64,000 nt of DNA from a bacterium (GTDB lineage Bacteria; UBA9089; JAHJRX01): contig JAHJRX010000062.1 of NCBI GenBank assembly GCA_018830565.1, positions 2,324 to 66,323 of the forward strand. Direction: 5' to 3'. Positions within the stretch are counted from its first letter, which is position 1. Each line of letters starts with the position of its first letter. Shown here piece by piece: positions 1 to 10,081 of the stretch. The notes under the pieces were generated by a model, which saw nothing but the letters and a program-made list of their open reading frames with translations, made no database searches and was not told the DNA's origin. The position numbers were made by a program, and so were the translations under genes.

Positions 1-55
1 TAGGTCTTTATTTAAACCCAGAGATGGGAAGATAAGACCAAGAGGAATTAAGAAA

Positions 56-919
56 ATGAAGACCTGTTTGGATTGTATTCCTTGCTTTTTAAGACAAACC
101 CTTGATGTAGCCAGAAGGGCTAATGCTGGTCAAGCTAAACAAGAAGAGATCTTAAAAGAAGTTAATAAGATGATGGCTGATATTTCGTTAAAGGTGTCTC
201 CTCCGGAAATAACCAGAAGTATCTATGCCTTAATAAGAGAGAAAACAGGAGTAATTGATCCTTTTAAGGAAGTCAAAGAGAAAAGCAATCAACAAGCTAA
301 TAACCTTTATTCTATCTTAAAGAAAAAAGTAGAAGATTCAAACGATAAGTTACTTACTTCAATAGAATTAGCTATTGCTGGGAATGCTATTGATTATGGG
401 CTAAAAGATTCTTTGGAGATCAATAAGGAGATAGAAAAAATATTAAACTACCATTCTTGTCTTTTTAATGATTACAAAACTATCTTTAATTACTTAGAGT
501 TTAAAGAAGCTTTAAGCAAAGCCAAGACAATATTATACATAGCTGACAATGCTGGAGAAATTCTTTTTGATAAAATCTTAATTGAGGAGTTAAATAAGGA
601 AGTAATTTTTGCGGTAAAAGGTAAGCCTATTATCAATGATGCCTTAATGGAAGATGCTTATGCTTGCGGGCTGGATAAATGCTCTCAGCTTGTTTCAAGT
701 GGGTGTGATGCCCCAGGAACAATCCTGAAGTTTTGTTCCAAGGAATTTTTAGCTATCTATCAAGATGCAGATTTAGTTGTTAGTAAGGGTCAGGGAAACT
801 TTGAAACTTTATCAGAAGATTCCAGATCCATTTTCTTCTTATTTAAAGTAAAATGTCCGGTAGTGGCTAAAGATATTAAGTGTAAAATGGGAGATCTAGT
901 TTTAAAGAAATCAAGTTAA
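56..919 (+). CDS. DUF89-family protein (ARMT1-like damage-control phosphatase)
   Basis: 287-aa ORF with an N-terminal CLDCIPC motif and ADNAGE / GQGNFE-type motifs that I associate with DUF89. Recognised from memory only. Confidence 0.55.
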   Translation: MKTCLDCIPCFLRQTLDVARRANAGQAKQEEILKEVNKMMADISLKVSPPEITRSIYALIREKTGVIDPFKEVKEKSNQQANNLYSILKKKVEDSNDKLLTSIELAIAGNAIDYGLKDSLEINKEIEKILNYHSCLFNDYKTIFNYLEFKEALSKAKTILYIADNAGEILFDKILIEELNKEVIFAVKGKPIINDALMEDAYACGLDKCSQLVSSGCDAPGTILKFCSKEFLAIYQDADLVVSKGQGNFETLSEDSRSIFFLFKVKCPVVAKDIKCKMGDLVLKKSS

Positions 920-1053
920 TAGCTTTAAGGAATTTCGTTGGTATCAACCCTTCGAGTTCGGCAACTCCAGAAGCCTTTGTTCAAATTCTTTAGATTTGGC
1001 ATCATAATTAGACGTTAGCTAACAAGGATTTATTCAAGAAAGATCAGGAGGTT

Positions 1054-2973
1054 TTGATGAAAGAATATAAGGTTATCTTTTATCCTAACCAAAGAGAAGT
1101 AAGCGCTCCAGAAGGAGAGAACTTATTAAGAATAGCAGCTGCGGCTGGGCTTTATATCACTGCTTCTTGTGGCGGAAATGGAAGTTGTGGGAAATGCAAG
1201 GTTATCATTGAGTCTGGAGAAGTTGAAGAAGGAATTTCAGAAAGACTTACTCCTGATGAGATAAAGAAGGATTATAGATTAGCTTGTGCCTCTAAAATAA
1301 AGAGCCATCTGGTGGTAAGGATTCCGGTAGAGTCTCAAATTTCAGATAAGAGAGTCTTAGAAGGGGCTGTCTCAAAGAGATTAGTCATTCAAGAACAATT
1401 AAAGACTCTTACTCCTGATGGTAAGATTGATCCTATGGTAAAGAAATACCATCTTGAGTTACCCCTTCCAACCTTAGAAGATAATATTGATGACTTTTCA
1501 AGAATTAAAAGAGCTCTCAAGATGACATATGATCTTCATGATTGCTCAATCTCTCTTTCTTGCTTAAAGGCATTGCCCATGCTTTTAAGAAAAGCTAATT
1601 TTAAAGTTACCTTAAGTCTGCTGAAAGATAAAGATATATCAGAGATAGTCAATATAGAAGAAGGTGATCAAACTAAAGAACATTATTGTTTGGCTATAGA
1701 TATAGGCACTACTTCAATTTACGCCAGACTTATTAACCTTTTCTTAGGAGAAGAGGTGGCGACTACTTCTGATTTTAATGCCCAAATTGCTTATGGTGAG
1801 GACATTATTAGTCGAATAGTTTATTCTCAAAAAGGAGAGGGGCTTAAGATTCTTCAAGAAGCAGTAGTTAAAACCATCAATGAGTTAATTAATAGTATTG
1901 TTAAAGAAGCCAAGATTACTGAAGAAAAGATCACTTATTTAGTTATCGCTGGCAATACCACAATGGAACATTTATTCTTAGGAGTTAATCCTAAGTATAT
2001 TCGAGAAGCACCTTATGTCCCAGCAGTAAATTTTCTTTATCAAGTAAAGGCTTCAGAAGTAGGGCTAAAGTTATTCCCCCATACTCCTCTCTACCTTCTT
2101 CCTGGTGTATCAAGCTATGTCGGAGGTGACATTACGGCGGGAGTTTTAGCTACCGGCATTACTCAATCAACCGAATTAACTTTATATGTGGATATTGGCA
2201 CCAACGGAGAGGTGGTTTTAGGAAATAAAGATTGGTTAGTAGCTACCGCTTGTTCAGCTGGCCCTGCTTTTGAAGGAGGAACAATCAAGCATGGGATGAG
2301 AGCTACTCTTGGAGCTATAGAACAAGTGGAGATAGATAAAAATTTTGAGCCCATGATTATTACTATTGGCCATAGACCACCAAAAGGAATATGTGGAGCA
2401 GGTCTGATTAGTCTCGTCGCTGAGCTTTTGGAAGCAGGGATAATAAACCAGAAAGGAAAGTTTAATCTTGAAATAAAGGAGACTCCTCGAATTAGAAAAA
2501 ATAAGGCTATCAAGGAGTATGTCCTTGCTTTTAAAGATGAGGCCGGGATTGATGAAGATATAGTAATTACAGAATCAGATATTGACGATCTTATTCGAGC
2601 CAAAGGGGCGATGTTTGCTGGGATTTTTACTTTATTAAATAGCGTGGGAGTTGAGATAGCTGATATCTCCAAAATAATAATTTCAGGAAATCTTGGATTT
2701 CACTTAGAGATAGAAAAGGCCATAACTATTGGTCTTCTCCCGGAAGTAGATTATGCTAAATTTATCTTTATTGGAAATGGTTCTTTATTGGGAGCAACTA
2801 TTTCTGCTTGTTCAAAAAAGATGCTAAAACAAGCAAAAGAAATAGCCAGTTCGATTACTAATATTGAACTTTCGGATAATCCTAAATTTATGGAAGAATA
2901 TATAGCGGCTCTTTTTCTACCCCATACCAACGATCAAAGATTCCCTCAAGTTTATAAAAGACTCTTAAGTTAA
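1054..2973 (+). CDS. 2Fe-2S ferredoxin fused to an ASKHA/DUF4445 ATPase (corrinoid reductive-activase-like, RACo/AcsV family)
   Basis: N-terminal plant-type ferredoxin motif CGGNGSCGKCKV. ASKHA phosphate motifs DIGTTS and DIGTNGE, plus ACSAGPAFEGG. AGGAGG lies 5 nt before the ATG at 1057, which is the likely true start. Confidence 0.65.
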   Translation: MMKEYKVIFYPNQREVSAPEGENLLRIAAAAGLYITASCGGNGSCGKCKVIIESGEVEEGISERLTPDEIKKDYRLACASKIKSHLVVRIPVESQISDKRVLEGAVSKRLVIQEQLKTLTPDGKIDPMVKKYHLELPLPTLEDNIDDFSRIKRALKMTYDLHDCSISLSCLKALPMLLRKANFKVTLSLLKDKDISEIVNIEEGDQTKEHYCLAIDIGTTSIYARLINLFLGEEVATTSDFNAQIAYGEDIISRIVYSQKGEGLKILQEAVVKTINELINSIVKEAKITEEKITYLVIAGNTTMEHLFLGVNPKYIREAPYVPAVNFLYQVKASEVGLKLFPHTPLYLLPGVSSYVGGDITAGVLATGITQSTELTLYVDIGTNGEVVLGNKDWLVATACSAGPAFEGGTIKHGMRATLGAIEQVEIDKNFEPMIITIGHRPPKGICGAGLISLVAELLEAGIINQKGKFNLEIKETPRIRKNKAIKEYVLAFKDEAGIDEDIVITESDIDDLIRAKGAMFAGIFTLLNSVGVEIADISKIIISGNLGFHLEIEKAITIGLLPEVDYAKFIFIGNGSLLGATISACSKKMLKQAKEIASSITNIELSDNPKFMEEYIAALFLPHTNDQRFPQVYKRLLS

Positions 2974-3034
2974 GAAAGTGAAAGAAGCTTTATAAAAGAA
3001 GTAAAAATTTCTAGTTTTTTTAAAAGGAGAAAAT

Positions 3035-3775
3035 ATGATCCCTATCCCAAAAATAGTAAGCTTGACATGGAGAGCTATTTTATTGATAGGATTATCTTTG
3101 TTTGTTTCAAAGATGGTCTTTGGGCAGGTGCTTGGACAGAAACCTGAAAAGAATATCTATTCCCTGATGGAGTTTGATGAGTTAGAAAAAGTAATAGCGG
3201 AGCAGGAAGAGATCTTAAAAAAAGAACCCTCCGGAATAACGACTTTAAAGATTTTAGGTATTGCTTATCATAATTTAAGTGTCATAGGTAAAAAGGGTGT
3301 TTCTAAAAAGGCATTCTCTATTTTAGCTAAGGCTTATGAGAGCAAATCAGACGATTATGAAATTTTGGCATATCTGGGCAGCACAAAGACATTATTAGGC
3401 CGGGATGCTTTTGTCCCTTTTAATAAACTTTACTATGTTTACGAGGGGTGCCAGTTGATGGATAAAGCAGTTTCCAAAGCACCAGATAATTTTGTAGTAA
3501 GACTATGTAGAGCTAATAATAGTCTGGCTCTTCCTTCGTTTTTCAGACGAGCTAAATATGTCAAAAAAGATATGTTTTATCTTTTAAAGATGGGTAGAGA
3601 AAAGAAATTTTCTCCTGAGTTGTTAGCTACTATTTACTGTCTTCTTGGCGAATATTACAAAGTAGAGGAAAGATGGGAATTAGCAAGTGATTATTGGGAA
3701 AAGGCAGTAAAGATTGCTCCTAACTCCAAAGATGGAATGTTATCAAAGAAGCGATTAGAGGTTTATAAGCCTTAA
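3035..3775 (+). CDS. Secreted TPR-like hypothetical protein
   Basis: 246-aa ORF with a hydrophobic N-terminal signal-like segment and a TPR-like C-terminus (YCLLGEYYKVEERWELASDYWEKAVKIAPNS). Confidence 0.4.
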   Translation: MIPIPKIVSLTWRAILLIGLSLFVSKMVFGQVLGQKPEKNIYSLMEFDELEKVIAEQEEILKKEPSGITTLKILGIAYHNLSVIGKKGVSKKAFSILAKAYESKSDDYEILAYLGSTKTLLGRDAFVPFNKLYYVYEGCQLMDKAVSKAPDNFVVRLCRANNSLALPSFFRRAKYVKKDMFYLLKMGREKKFSPELLATIYCLLGEYYKVEERWELASDYWEKAVKIAPNSKDGMLSKKRLEVYKP

Positions 3776-3835
3776 AAAGAGGGTTCTTCTATGAAGCGAT
3801 TAGAAGTATAAGTTTTAAAAAGAGGGTTCTTCTAT
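3748..3835. repeat. Tandem duplication (units of 45 and 43 bp) of the junction between the TPR gene stop and the ABC gene RBS/ATG
   Basis: GAAGCGATTAGAGGTTTATAAGCCTTAAAAAGAGGGTTCTTCTAT is followed directly by GAAGCGATTAGAAGTATAAGTTTTAAAAAGAGGGTTCTTCTAT. The first unit carries the real stop codon of the 3035..3775 ORF. Confidence 0.85.
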
Positions 3836-3860
3836 GTTAATTGTTTCAGTGAAAGATGTA

Positions 3861-4040
3861 TATGCAATCCATTAATTAAGTTGACATACCTCGTAGGGAA
3901 AATCCACCCCCTAACCCCCGCCAGCGGGGGACAGCCTCGTGGATGTCCGTTGTTTCGTTGCCTTTTCGGACAGGGACAAGCTTATCCCCCGCTGGCGGGG
4001 GTTAGGGGGTGGAAATACAACTAATTTATCAGATTGCATG
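3861..4040. mobile_element. MITE-1 copy A: ORF-less 180-bp element with TATGCAAT termini, flanked by duplicated TA
   Basis: Termini are TATGCAATCC...GATTGCATG. TA is present at 3859-3860 and 4041-4042. The uninterrupted target GATGTAGTTAAG survives in the intact gene copy near 4115-4126. Nested inverted repeats are CCACCCCCT/AGGGGGTGG and CCCCCGCCAGCGGGGG/CCCCCGCTGGCGGGGG. Confidence 0.8.
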
Positions 4041-4097
4041 TAGTTAAGAAATAAGTAAGGGTCAAAGCAAAGGCCTGGCCAGTAAGGGGATTCTTTT

Positions 4098-4781
4098 ATG
4101 TTAATTGTTTCAGTGAAAGATGTAGTTAAGGAATATAAGCTTGGCAAAACAAAGGTGAATGCCCTTAGAGGGGTAAATTTAGAGATTAAAGACAGAGAGC
4201 TTGTCGCGATCTGTGGTCCTTCAGGCAGTGGAAAAACAACTTTACTTAATATTATTGGCTGCTTGGATCAGCCCACCTCTGGAACAGTTCAAATTATCAA
4301 TGAAAATGCCGCTTTTTTTTCTGATGCCAAGCTTTCTGAATTACGAAATAAGCACCTTGGTTTTATCTTCCAAACCTTTAATCTTATTCCTGTCCTTACT
4401 GCTTACGAAAATGTAGAATATCCCCTCTGGATTTTAGGAAAGCCAGGTCTTGAAAGAAAGGCTATGGTTCTAAAAATGTTGGATGAAGTAGAATTACTTG
4501 ACTATAAAAACCATAAGCCTGATGAATTATCTGGTGGACAAAGACAACGGGTAGCTATTGCCCGAGCCTTAGTAAATATGCCTAAACTTGTCTTAGCAGA
4601 TGAGCCAACGGCCAACTTAGATTCCCAGACCGGAATGAGTATTTTAAAACTTATGCAAAAGATAAATGAGGAGTTTTCTACAACCTTCATCTTCTCTACC
4701 CATGATCCACAAGTAGTAAAGTATGCCAATAAAGTATATCACCTCAGGGATGGCAAGGTCTCGGAATTAACGGAGGGATAA
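4098..4781 (+). CDS. ABC transporter ATP-binding protein (MacB/LolD-like)
   Basis: Walker A GPSGSGKTT, signature LSGGQRQR, Walker B LVLADEPT, and a histidine in STHD. Confidence 0.85.
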   Translation: MLIVSVKDVVKEYKLGKTKVNALRGVNLEIKDRELVAICGPSGSGKTTLLNIIGCLDQPTSGTVQIINENAAFFSDAKLSELRNKHLGFIFQTFNLIPVLTAYENVEYPLWILGKPGLERKAMVLKMLDEVELLDYKNHKPDELSGGQRQRVAIARALVNMPKLVLADEPTANLDSQTGMSILKLMQKINEEFSTTFIFSTHDPQVVKYANKVYHLRDGKVSELTEG

Positions 4782-6005
4782 TTGAAATTCTTTAGCTTAG
4801 CCTTAAGAAATATCTTCCGAAACAAAAGGCGAACTACCATTACCTTTTTAGCTATCATCTCTGGAATGATAGGATTAATTGTCTTTGGTGGATTTGTAGA
4901 GTACTCTTTCTGGGGATTAAGGGAATCTACCATTAGGTCTCAATTAGGCCATCTTCAGGTCTATAAAAAGGGCTATTGTAAAAAAGGTATCGCTAACTCG
5001 TCAGAATATCTAATTAAGAATTACCAAGAATTAGAAGAGATTTTTTATAAAATTCCTTGTCTCGAATTAGTTACCGCTAGACTTTCATTCTCTGGGCTTA
5101 TCTCGACAGGTGAAAAGACTCTTGTTTGTAAAGGGGATGGGGTTATTCCTGAAAAAGAGGCCAAACTGGCAAGTTTTGAAACGATCATAGAAGGAGAGGG
5201 CTTATTTAAAGAAGATCAAGCCGAACTGGTTATTGGCAGAGAGCTTCAAAAGTCACTTGGCGCAAAAATAGGAGATTATCTGACCATTCTTACTACTACT
5301 CCTGAAGGGATGATCAATGCGGCTGATGTTAAACTAATTGGGGTATGCCAAAGTGGTTCCAAGGAGTATGATTCTGTCTATGTAAAACTTCCACTCAAGA
5401 TAGTTCAACAACTCTTTTCTACTACTAGCGTAGAAAAGATAGTCATCTTATCAGACAAAACAGAACATACCCCAGAAATAGCGCGAAGACTGACCATTTT
5501 ATTTAAAGAGAAAAATCTTAACTTAGAGTTTAAAACATGGGATCAATTAGCTGAATTTTATCATAGCGTGGTGAGATTATATAATGGAATTTTTAAAGTA
5601 GTGAAAGTTATTATTGCCCTAATTGTGTTGTTCAGTATAGCTAACACCATGACTATGTCAGTATTTGAGCGAATAAGAGAGATAGGAACTTTACGAGCCA
5701 TTGGAACAAAAAAAATACAGATTTTAACGCTTTTTCTCTGGGAAGGGTTTCTTACCGGCGTAATTGGCGCCATATTAGGTATGATAACCGGGATTTTTAT
5801 AGCCACGATCATAAACCTTGGTGGTGGTATCTATATTCCACCACCACCAGCTATGACCATAGGTTATAATGCCTTGATCCTTATTGTCCCGGAGGTGCTT
5901 TGGTATTCTTTTATCTCTACCGTAATTGTAGCTACTATTTCAGCATTTTACCCAGCATTTAAGGCGACACGATTAAATATTGTCGAATCTTTAGCCCACA
6001 CTTAA
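4782..6005 (+). CDS. ABC transporter permease, FtsX/MacB-LolE type
   Basis: 407 aa with an N-terminal TM helix, a large extracytoplasmic domain and a C-terminal FtsX-like 3-TM bundle. The TTG start abuts the stop of the ATPase gene. Confidence 0.75.
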   Translation: MKFFSLALRNIFRNKRRTTITFLAIISGMIGLIVFGGFVEYSFWGLRESTIRSQLGHLQVYKKGYCKKGIANSSEYLIKNYQELEEIFYKIPCLELVTARLSFSGLISTGEKTLVCKGDGVIPEKEAKLASFETIIEGEGLFKEDQAELVIGRELQKSLGAKIGDYLTILTTTPEGMINAADVKLIGVCQSGSKEYDSVYVKLPLKIVQQLFSTTSVEKIVILSDKTEHTPEIARRLTILFKEKNLNLEFKTWDQLAEFYHSVVRLYNGIFKVVKVIIALIVLFSIANTMTMSVFERIREIGTLRAIGTKKIQILTLFLWEGFLTGVIGAILGMITGIFIATIINLGGGIYIPPPPAMTIGYNALILIVPEVLWYSFISTVIVATISAFYPAFKATRLNIVESLAHT

Positions 6006-6027
6006 AATAATGAAAAGGTAAAAAAAA

Positions 6028-6765
6028 ATGCGAAGAATAATCTTTTTGATATTTTTTTTGATATTTCTGGTAATAACTTCTAAAACCTATGCCCTTAGTC
6101 CCAAGGAAATGTTAGAAAAAATTGACGAAATAAGGGCTCCGGCTAAAACTTTTAGCTTTGATCTTAAAATTACCTACAAAAGAGAAGGAGAAAAAGACAT
6201 TGAACAAAGGCTTGAGGTTAGAATTAAGGAGGCCGATAAAAGCTTAGTAAAATTTACTGCTCCACCTGAAAATAAGGGCAAACTTTTTCTTATGATCGGT
6301 AATAATATGTGGATATACATTCCTGGAACAAGAGAGCCAATTAGGATTTCGCCTCAACAACGATTATTAGGTCAGGTTTCAAATGGCGATGTGGCCCGAG
6401 TAGTTTATTCTCTTGACTATGAGGCAAAATTATTAGAAGAAGAAAAGCTTAAAGGGACACCATGGGTCAAACTTGAATTAAATGCCAAAACTCTTCAGGC
6501 AACTTATAGTAAGATTATTCTTTGGGCTGAAGCTGAAACTCTTAAACCGCAAAAAGCCGAGTTTTATGCTGTTTCAGGGAAATTATTAAAAATTGCCTTC
6601 TATAAGGGCTATACTAAAGTGTTAGATCGGGAACGGCCCTTAATCCTTGAAATCTATGATCAAGTACGCCAAGGAGAGCACACGATTATAGAATATAACC
6701 AGATGAAAGTAGTTGATACGCCGGCTGCTTTTTTCCAGAAGACTTATCTAAAACATATCAGATAA
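6028..6765 (+). CDS. LolA-like outer membrane lipoprotein-sorting protein
   Basis: Signal peptide, then a MWIYIPGTREPIRISPQQRLLGQVSNGD segment resembling the LolA_like family. Lies in an operon with the ABC pair. Confidence 0.5.
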   Translation: MRRIIFLIFFLIFLVITSKTYALSPKEMLEKIDEIRAPAKTFSFDLKITYKREGEKDIEQRLEVRIKEADKSLVKFTAPPENKGKLFLMIGNNMWIYIPGTREPIRISPQQRLLGQVSNGDVARVVYSLDYEAKLLEEEKLKGTPWVKLELNAKTLQATYSKIILWAEAETLKPQKAEFYAVSGKLLKIAFYKGYTKVLDRERPLILEIYDQVRQGEHTIIEYNQMKVVDTPAAFFQKTYLKHIR

Positions 6766-6799
6766 AGCCAGCCGTCAGGTATCAGCTTTATGGACAGCG

Positions 6800-8083
6800 A
6801 TGACAAAAATAAGATTAGGTTTTCTCTTTCTATTGATAGGAATATATTCTTATGCTTATGCCTATCATGGGGTTGAATATAATGGTGATATTACTGAGCA
6901 GGTAAGCTACTATCGCTTAAAGAAAGATTTTCTTCTAAATCCTAATTTAGAACTTGGGCTATTACCAAAATGGGAAAATTTGTTGTCGGCTAATCTTGGG
7001 CTAAATATTAGCTATAAGGAATGGCTAAAGATAACTATAAAAGATAGGCCATTATGGTCAATTAAAGATAAGGATGAAAATAGTTGCAAAAATTTTGTAG
7101 ATGAGGCATATATTGACTTAAAATTATTTAAGACATCATTTCTTACTTTAGGCAAGGAAAACCTTCAAGAAGGAGTGGGACTAAGCTATAATCCTTCGGA
7201 TTTTTTGGCTGATCTTAAGGAAATGGACTATACCAAAAGGGAGGAAGAACGTAAAATTGAACGCGAAGGGAATTATTTGGTCAGGCTTGAGAAGATAAAC
7301 CAGAAAATAACCTTCTCTTATCTTCTAGCTCCTAAAATTAACCATTTACAAAAAGAAGAAACAAGAGCTCTGATCAAGCTTTATTCCCTGATCGGAGATG
7401 TAGATCTGAGCTTATCTTACCTTCATGTTAAAAAATGGCCTAAATTAGGTATTAACCTTTCGGGAGTAATAGGAAATAAGATTGAATTTCATGCTGAGGT
7501 TGGTTTGAGCAAAGGTAGCAAGCGGAAGTTGTTAAGAGAAGAAAGACAAGTAGGGCCAGGGGTTTATGAATATGGAACATATGACGACCCCGAAGATGAT
7601 AAAATGATATTTACCAAAGCTTTAATAGGCGAACATTATACCTTTGCCAACAAAACAAATGTCATTATTGAATATTTTTTTAACCAAGATGGTTATAGTG
7701 AGGCAGAGTGGACTAATTTTATAGATTTAGCGACGGTTGCTTATACTAAATTCAAGCAACCACCGGCTGAACTTCCGGCGGATATCTTCAAAGAGAATCT
7801 TAGAAGAGCAAATTCTCTGATGAGATACCGTTATATGCGTAAGAATTATCTATTCTTTAGAGTAAGTAATCCAGAGATTTTTGATGATTATGATGGCCAA
7901 ATTAGTTTACTTTTAAATGCAGATGATAAAAGTTTGGTAATTATGCCTGCATTTGATTATCAGAAATGGGGGCGTCTGGTTATTAGATTGGGATTAAATT
8001 GGTTTTCAGGCAACTCCAAATCTGAATTTGGCTTAGTTCCATACCAGACAGAGTTTCAATTAGGGGTAAAATATTTATTTTAG
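6800..8083 (+). CDS. Putative outer-membrane beta-barrel protein (hypothetical)
   Basis: Signal peptide, alternating beta-strand-like sequence, and a C-terminal ...GVKYLF ending in aromatic F, which is typical of OMPs. Confidence 0.4.
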   Translation: MTKIRLGFLFLLIGIYSYAYAYHGVEYNGDITEQVSYYRLKKDFLLNPNLELGLLPKWENLLSANLGLNISYKEWLKITIKDRPLWSIKDKDENSCKNFVDEAYIDLKLFKTSFLTLGKENLQEGVGLSYNPSDFLADLKEMDYTKREEERKIEREGNYLVRLEKINQKITFSYLLAPKINHLQKEETRALIKLYSLIGDVDLSLSYLHVKKWPKLGINLSGVIGNKIEFHAEVGLSKGSKRKLLREERQVGPGVYEYGTYDDPEDDKMIFTKALIGEHYTFANKTNVIIEYFFNQDGYSEAEWTNFIDLATVAYTKFKQPPAELPADIFKENLRRANSLMRYRYMRKNYLFFRVSNPEIFDDYDGQISLLLNADDKSLVIMPAFDYQKWGRLVIRLGLNWFSGNSKSEFGLVPYQTEFQLGVKYLF

Positions 8084-8139
8084 GAAGAAAGGTCAAATTT
8101 TGACTAATAAGCGCTATAACAACAAAGGAGGTTGAAAAG

Positions 8140-8340
8140 ATGTCTACTCGACAAGAGTGTAAAATTGAAAGCAATCGGTTAAAATGTTCTTGTAGTTATG
8201 AACCATGTAGTAGGAAGGGTCTTTGTTGTGAATGTATAAGATATCATCGTCAAATGAGTCAATTACCAGCTTGTTTCTTTCCCGGTGACATAGAAAAGAC
8301 TTATGATCGTTCCATAGAAAGGTTTATTAAAACATATTAA
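8140..8340 (+). CDS. Small Cys-rich protein (DUF6485-like)
   Basis: 66 aa with the pattern [21 protein letters not shown]...LPACFF. GGAGG lies upstream. Confidence 0.4.
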   Translation: MSTRQECKIESNRLKCSCSYEPCSRKGLCCECIRYHRQMSQLPACFFPGDIEKTYDRSIERFIKTY

Positions 8341-8389
8341 CAAAAAGAGAGCTACTAAAAGTAAAGAAATAAGAAAGGAAGAAATTATA

Positions 8390-10048
8390 ATGAGGTCTGA
8401 CTTAATGAAGAAAGGTTGTCAAAGGGCTCCTCATCGTTCCTTGTTTAAAGCCATGGGGTACACCGATGAAGAACTAAAGAGGCCTATTGTGGGCATAGCT
8501 AATTCAGCTAATAAAGTTATTCCAGGGCATGTTCATTTAAATGAGGTGGTAGAGGAAATTAAATCAGGAATAAGATTAGCCGGAGGAACGCCTATGGAAT
8601 TTTCCACCATTGGAATTTGCGATGGTATTGCCATGGGTCATAAAGGAATGAAGTATTCTCTTGCTTCCAGAGAAATTATTGCTGATTCAGTTGAGATTAT
8701 GGCGATGGCTTATCCTTTTGATGGTCTGGTTTTAGTAGCGAATTGTGATAAGATTATTCCAGGAATGTTAATGGCTATGTTACGGTTAAATATTCCGGCT
8801 ATCTTTGTCAGCGGTGGTCCTATGTTGTCTGGAAGGCTTAACGGAAGAGCCATTGATTTAATTACCGTCTTTGAAAGCGTAGGTAAGTATGCTTCTGGAA
8901 AGATTACCGAGAGTGAATTAAAAGAGATAGAAAATAAGGCTTGTCCTGGCCCAGGTTCTTGTGCGGGAATGTTTACCGCAAATTCTATGAATTGTCTTAG
9001 TGAAGCGTTAGGACTTAGCCTTCCTGGCACAGGAACAATACCAGCCGTAATGGCTAAAAGAAAAAGATTGTCTAAAGAAGCCGGCATGAAAATAATGGAG
9101 TTAATTGAAGAGCAGTTATTACCTCGGCATATTGCCACAGAAGCTGCTTTTAGAAATGCCATAGCGGTAGAGATGGCTTTGGGAAGCTCCACTAACACGG
9201 TCCTTCATTTACCAGCCATAGCTAATGAAGCCAAGATTAAACTTGACTTAAATTTGTTTAACCAAATAAGTGCCTCAACGCCAAATCTTTGTCGAATTTC
9301 TCCGGCTGGCCCATTTCATATGGAAGACTTAAATCAAGCTGGGGGTATTTCCACAGTGATGATGGAGTTAGATAAAAAAGGGCTAATTGAGACTAATTTG
9401 GTTACAGTTACCACCAAAACAGTCAAAGAAAATATTAAGGAAGCTAAGAACTTAAATTCTCAGGTAATTCGACCCATTGAAGATCCTTACTCTGACGATG
9501 GCGGCTTAGCTATTCTTTTTGGCAATCTTGCTCCCTGCGGAGCAGTGGTAAAAAAATCAGCCGTAGATAAAGATATGCTTATTCATAAAGGACCAGCTAA
9601 AGTATTTAACTGCGAAGAAGAAGCGATGGCAGCTATTTTAGAAGGAAAGATTAAGAGGGGAGAAGTAATAATTATTCGTTATGAAGGACCTAAGGGTGGA
9701 CCAGGAATGAGAGAAATGCTGGGACCTACTTCGGCTATAGCCGGTATTGGTTTAGATAAAGAAGTAGCTTTGCTTACCGACGGAAGATTTTCTGGAGGTT
9801 CTCGAGGAGCAGCCATTGGGCATATTTCTCCAGAAGCCCAAGAAGGAGGACCAATAGCTATTATTCAAGATGGAGATATGATTAAGATAGATATACCCAA
9901 TAAACAGATAGAGGTAGAGTTAAGCCAAGAAGAGATAGAAAGAAGACTTAAGGAATGGAAGGAACCAGAATACAAGATCAAGGAAGGATATCTTTATCGT
10001 TACGCTAAAGCTGTAAGCTCTGCCAGCACAGGAGCAATCTTTAAATAA
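8390..10048 (+). CDS. ilvD: Dihydroxy-acid dehydratase
   Basis: 552 aa with hallmark segments [26 protein letters not shown] and TDGRFSGGS. Confidence 0.95.
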   Translation: MRSDLMKKGCQRAPHRSLFKAMGYTDEELKRPIVGIANSANKVIPGHVHLNEVVEEIKSGIRLAGGTPMEFSTIGICDGIAMGHKGMKYSLASREIIADSVEIMAMAYPFDGLVLVANCDKIIPGMLMAMLRLNIPAIFVSGGPMLSGRLNGRAIDLITVFESVGKYASGKITESELKEIENKACPGPGSCAGMFTANSMNCLSEALGLSLPGTGTIPAVMAKRKRLSKEAGMKIMELIEEQLLPRHIATEAAFRNAIAVEMALGSSTNTVLHLPAIANEAKIKLDLNLFNQISASTPNLCRISPAGPFHMEDLNQAGGISTVMMELDKKGLIETNLVTVTTKTVKENIKEAKNLNSQVIRPIEDPYSDDGGLAILFGNLAPCGAVVKKSAVDKDMLIHKGPAKVFNCEEEAMAAILEGKIKRGEVIIIRYEGPKGGPGMREMLGPTSAIAGIGLDKEVALLTDGRFSGGSRGAAIGHISPEAQEGGPIAIIQDGDMIKIDIPNKQIEVELSQEEIERRLKEWKEPEYKIKEGYLYRYAKAVSSASTGAIFK

Positions 10049-10081
10049 AATTAAAAACCAAACTTAAAGAGAGAGGAAAAG

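Noticed and set aside
2163-2672. Long antisense ORFs opposite well-supported genes (for example 2163..2672, 8710..9198, 28993..29361, 30246..30800, 38319..38714, 55501..56022)
   Set aside because: They are shadow ORFs on the opposite strand of conserved genes, with low-complexity Ser/Pro/Ile-rich translations and no recognisable motifs.
3911-4147. Track ORFs inside MITE-1 copies (3911..4147 minus, 18077..18316 plus, 18142..18348 minus)
   Set aside because: They read through palindromic G+C-rich repeat DNA (the PAGGG/PLAGN strings come from CCCCCGCCAGCGGGGG). They differ in frame and extent between copies and lack RBS support, so they are artefacts of the repeat.
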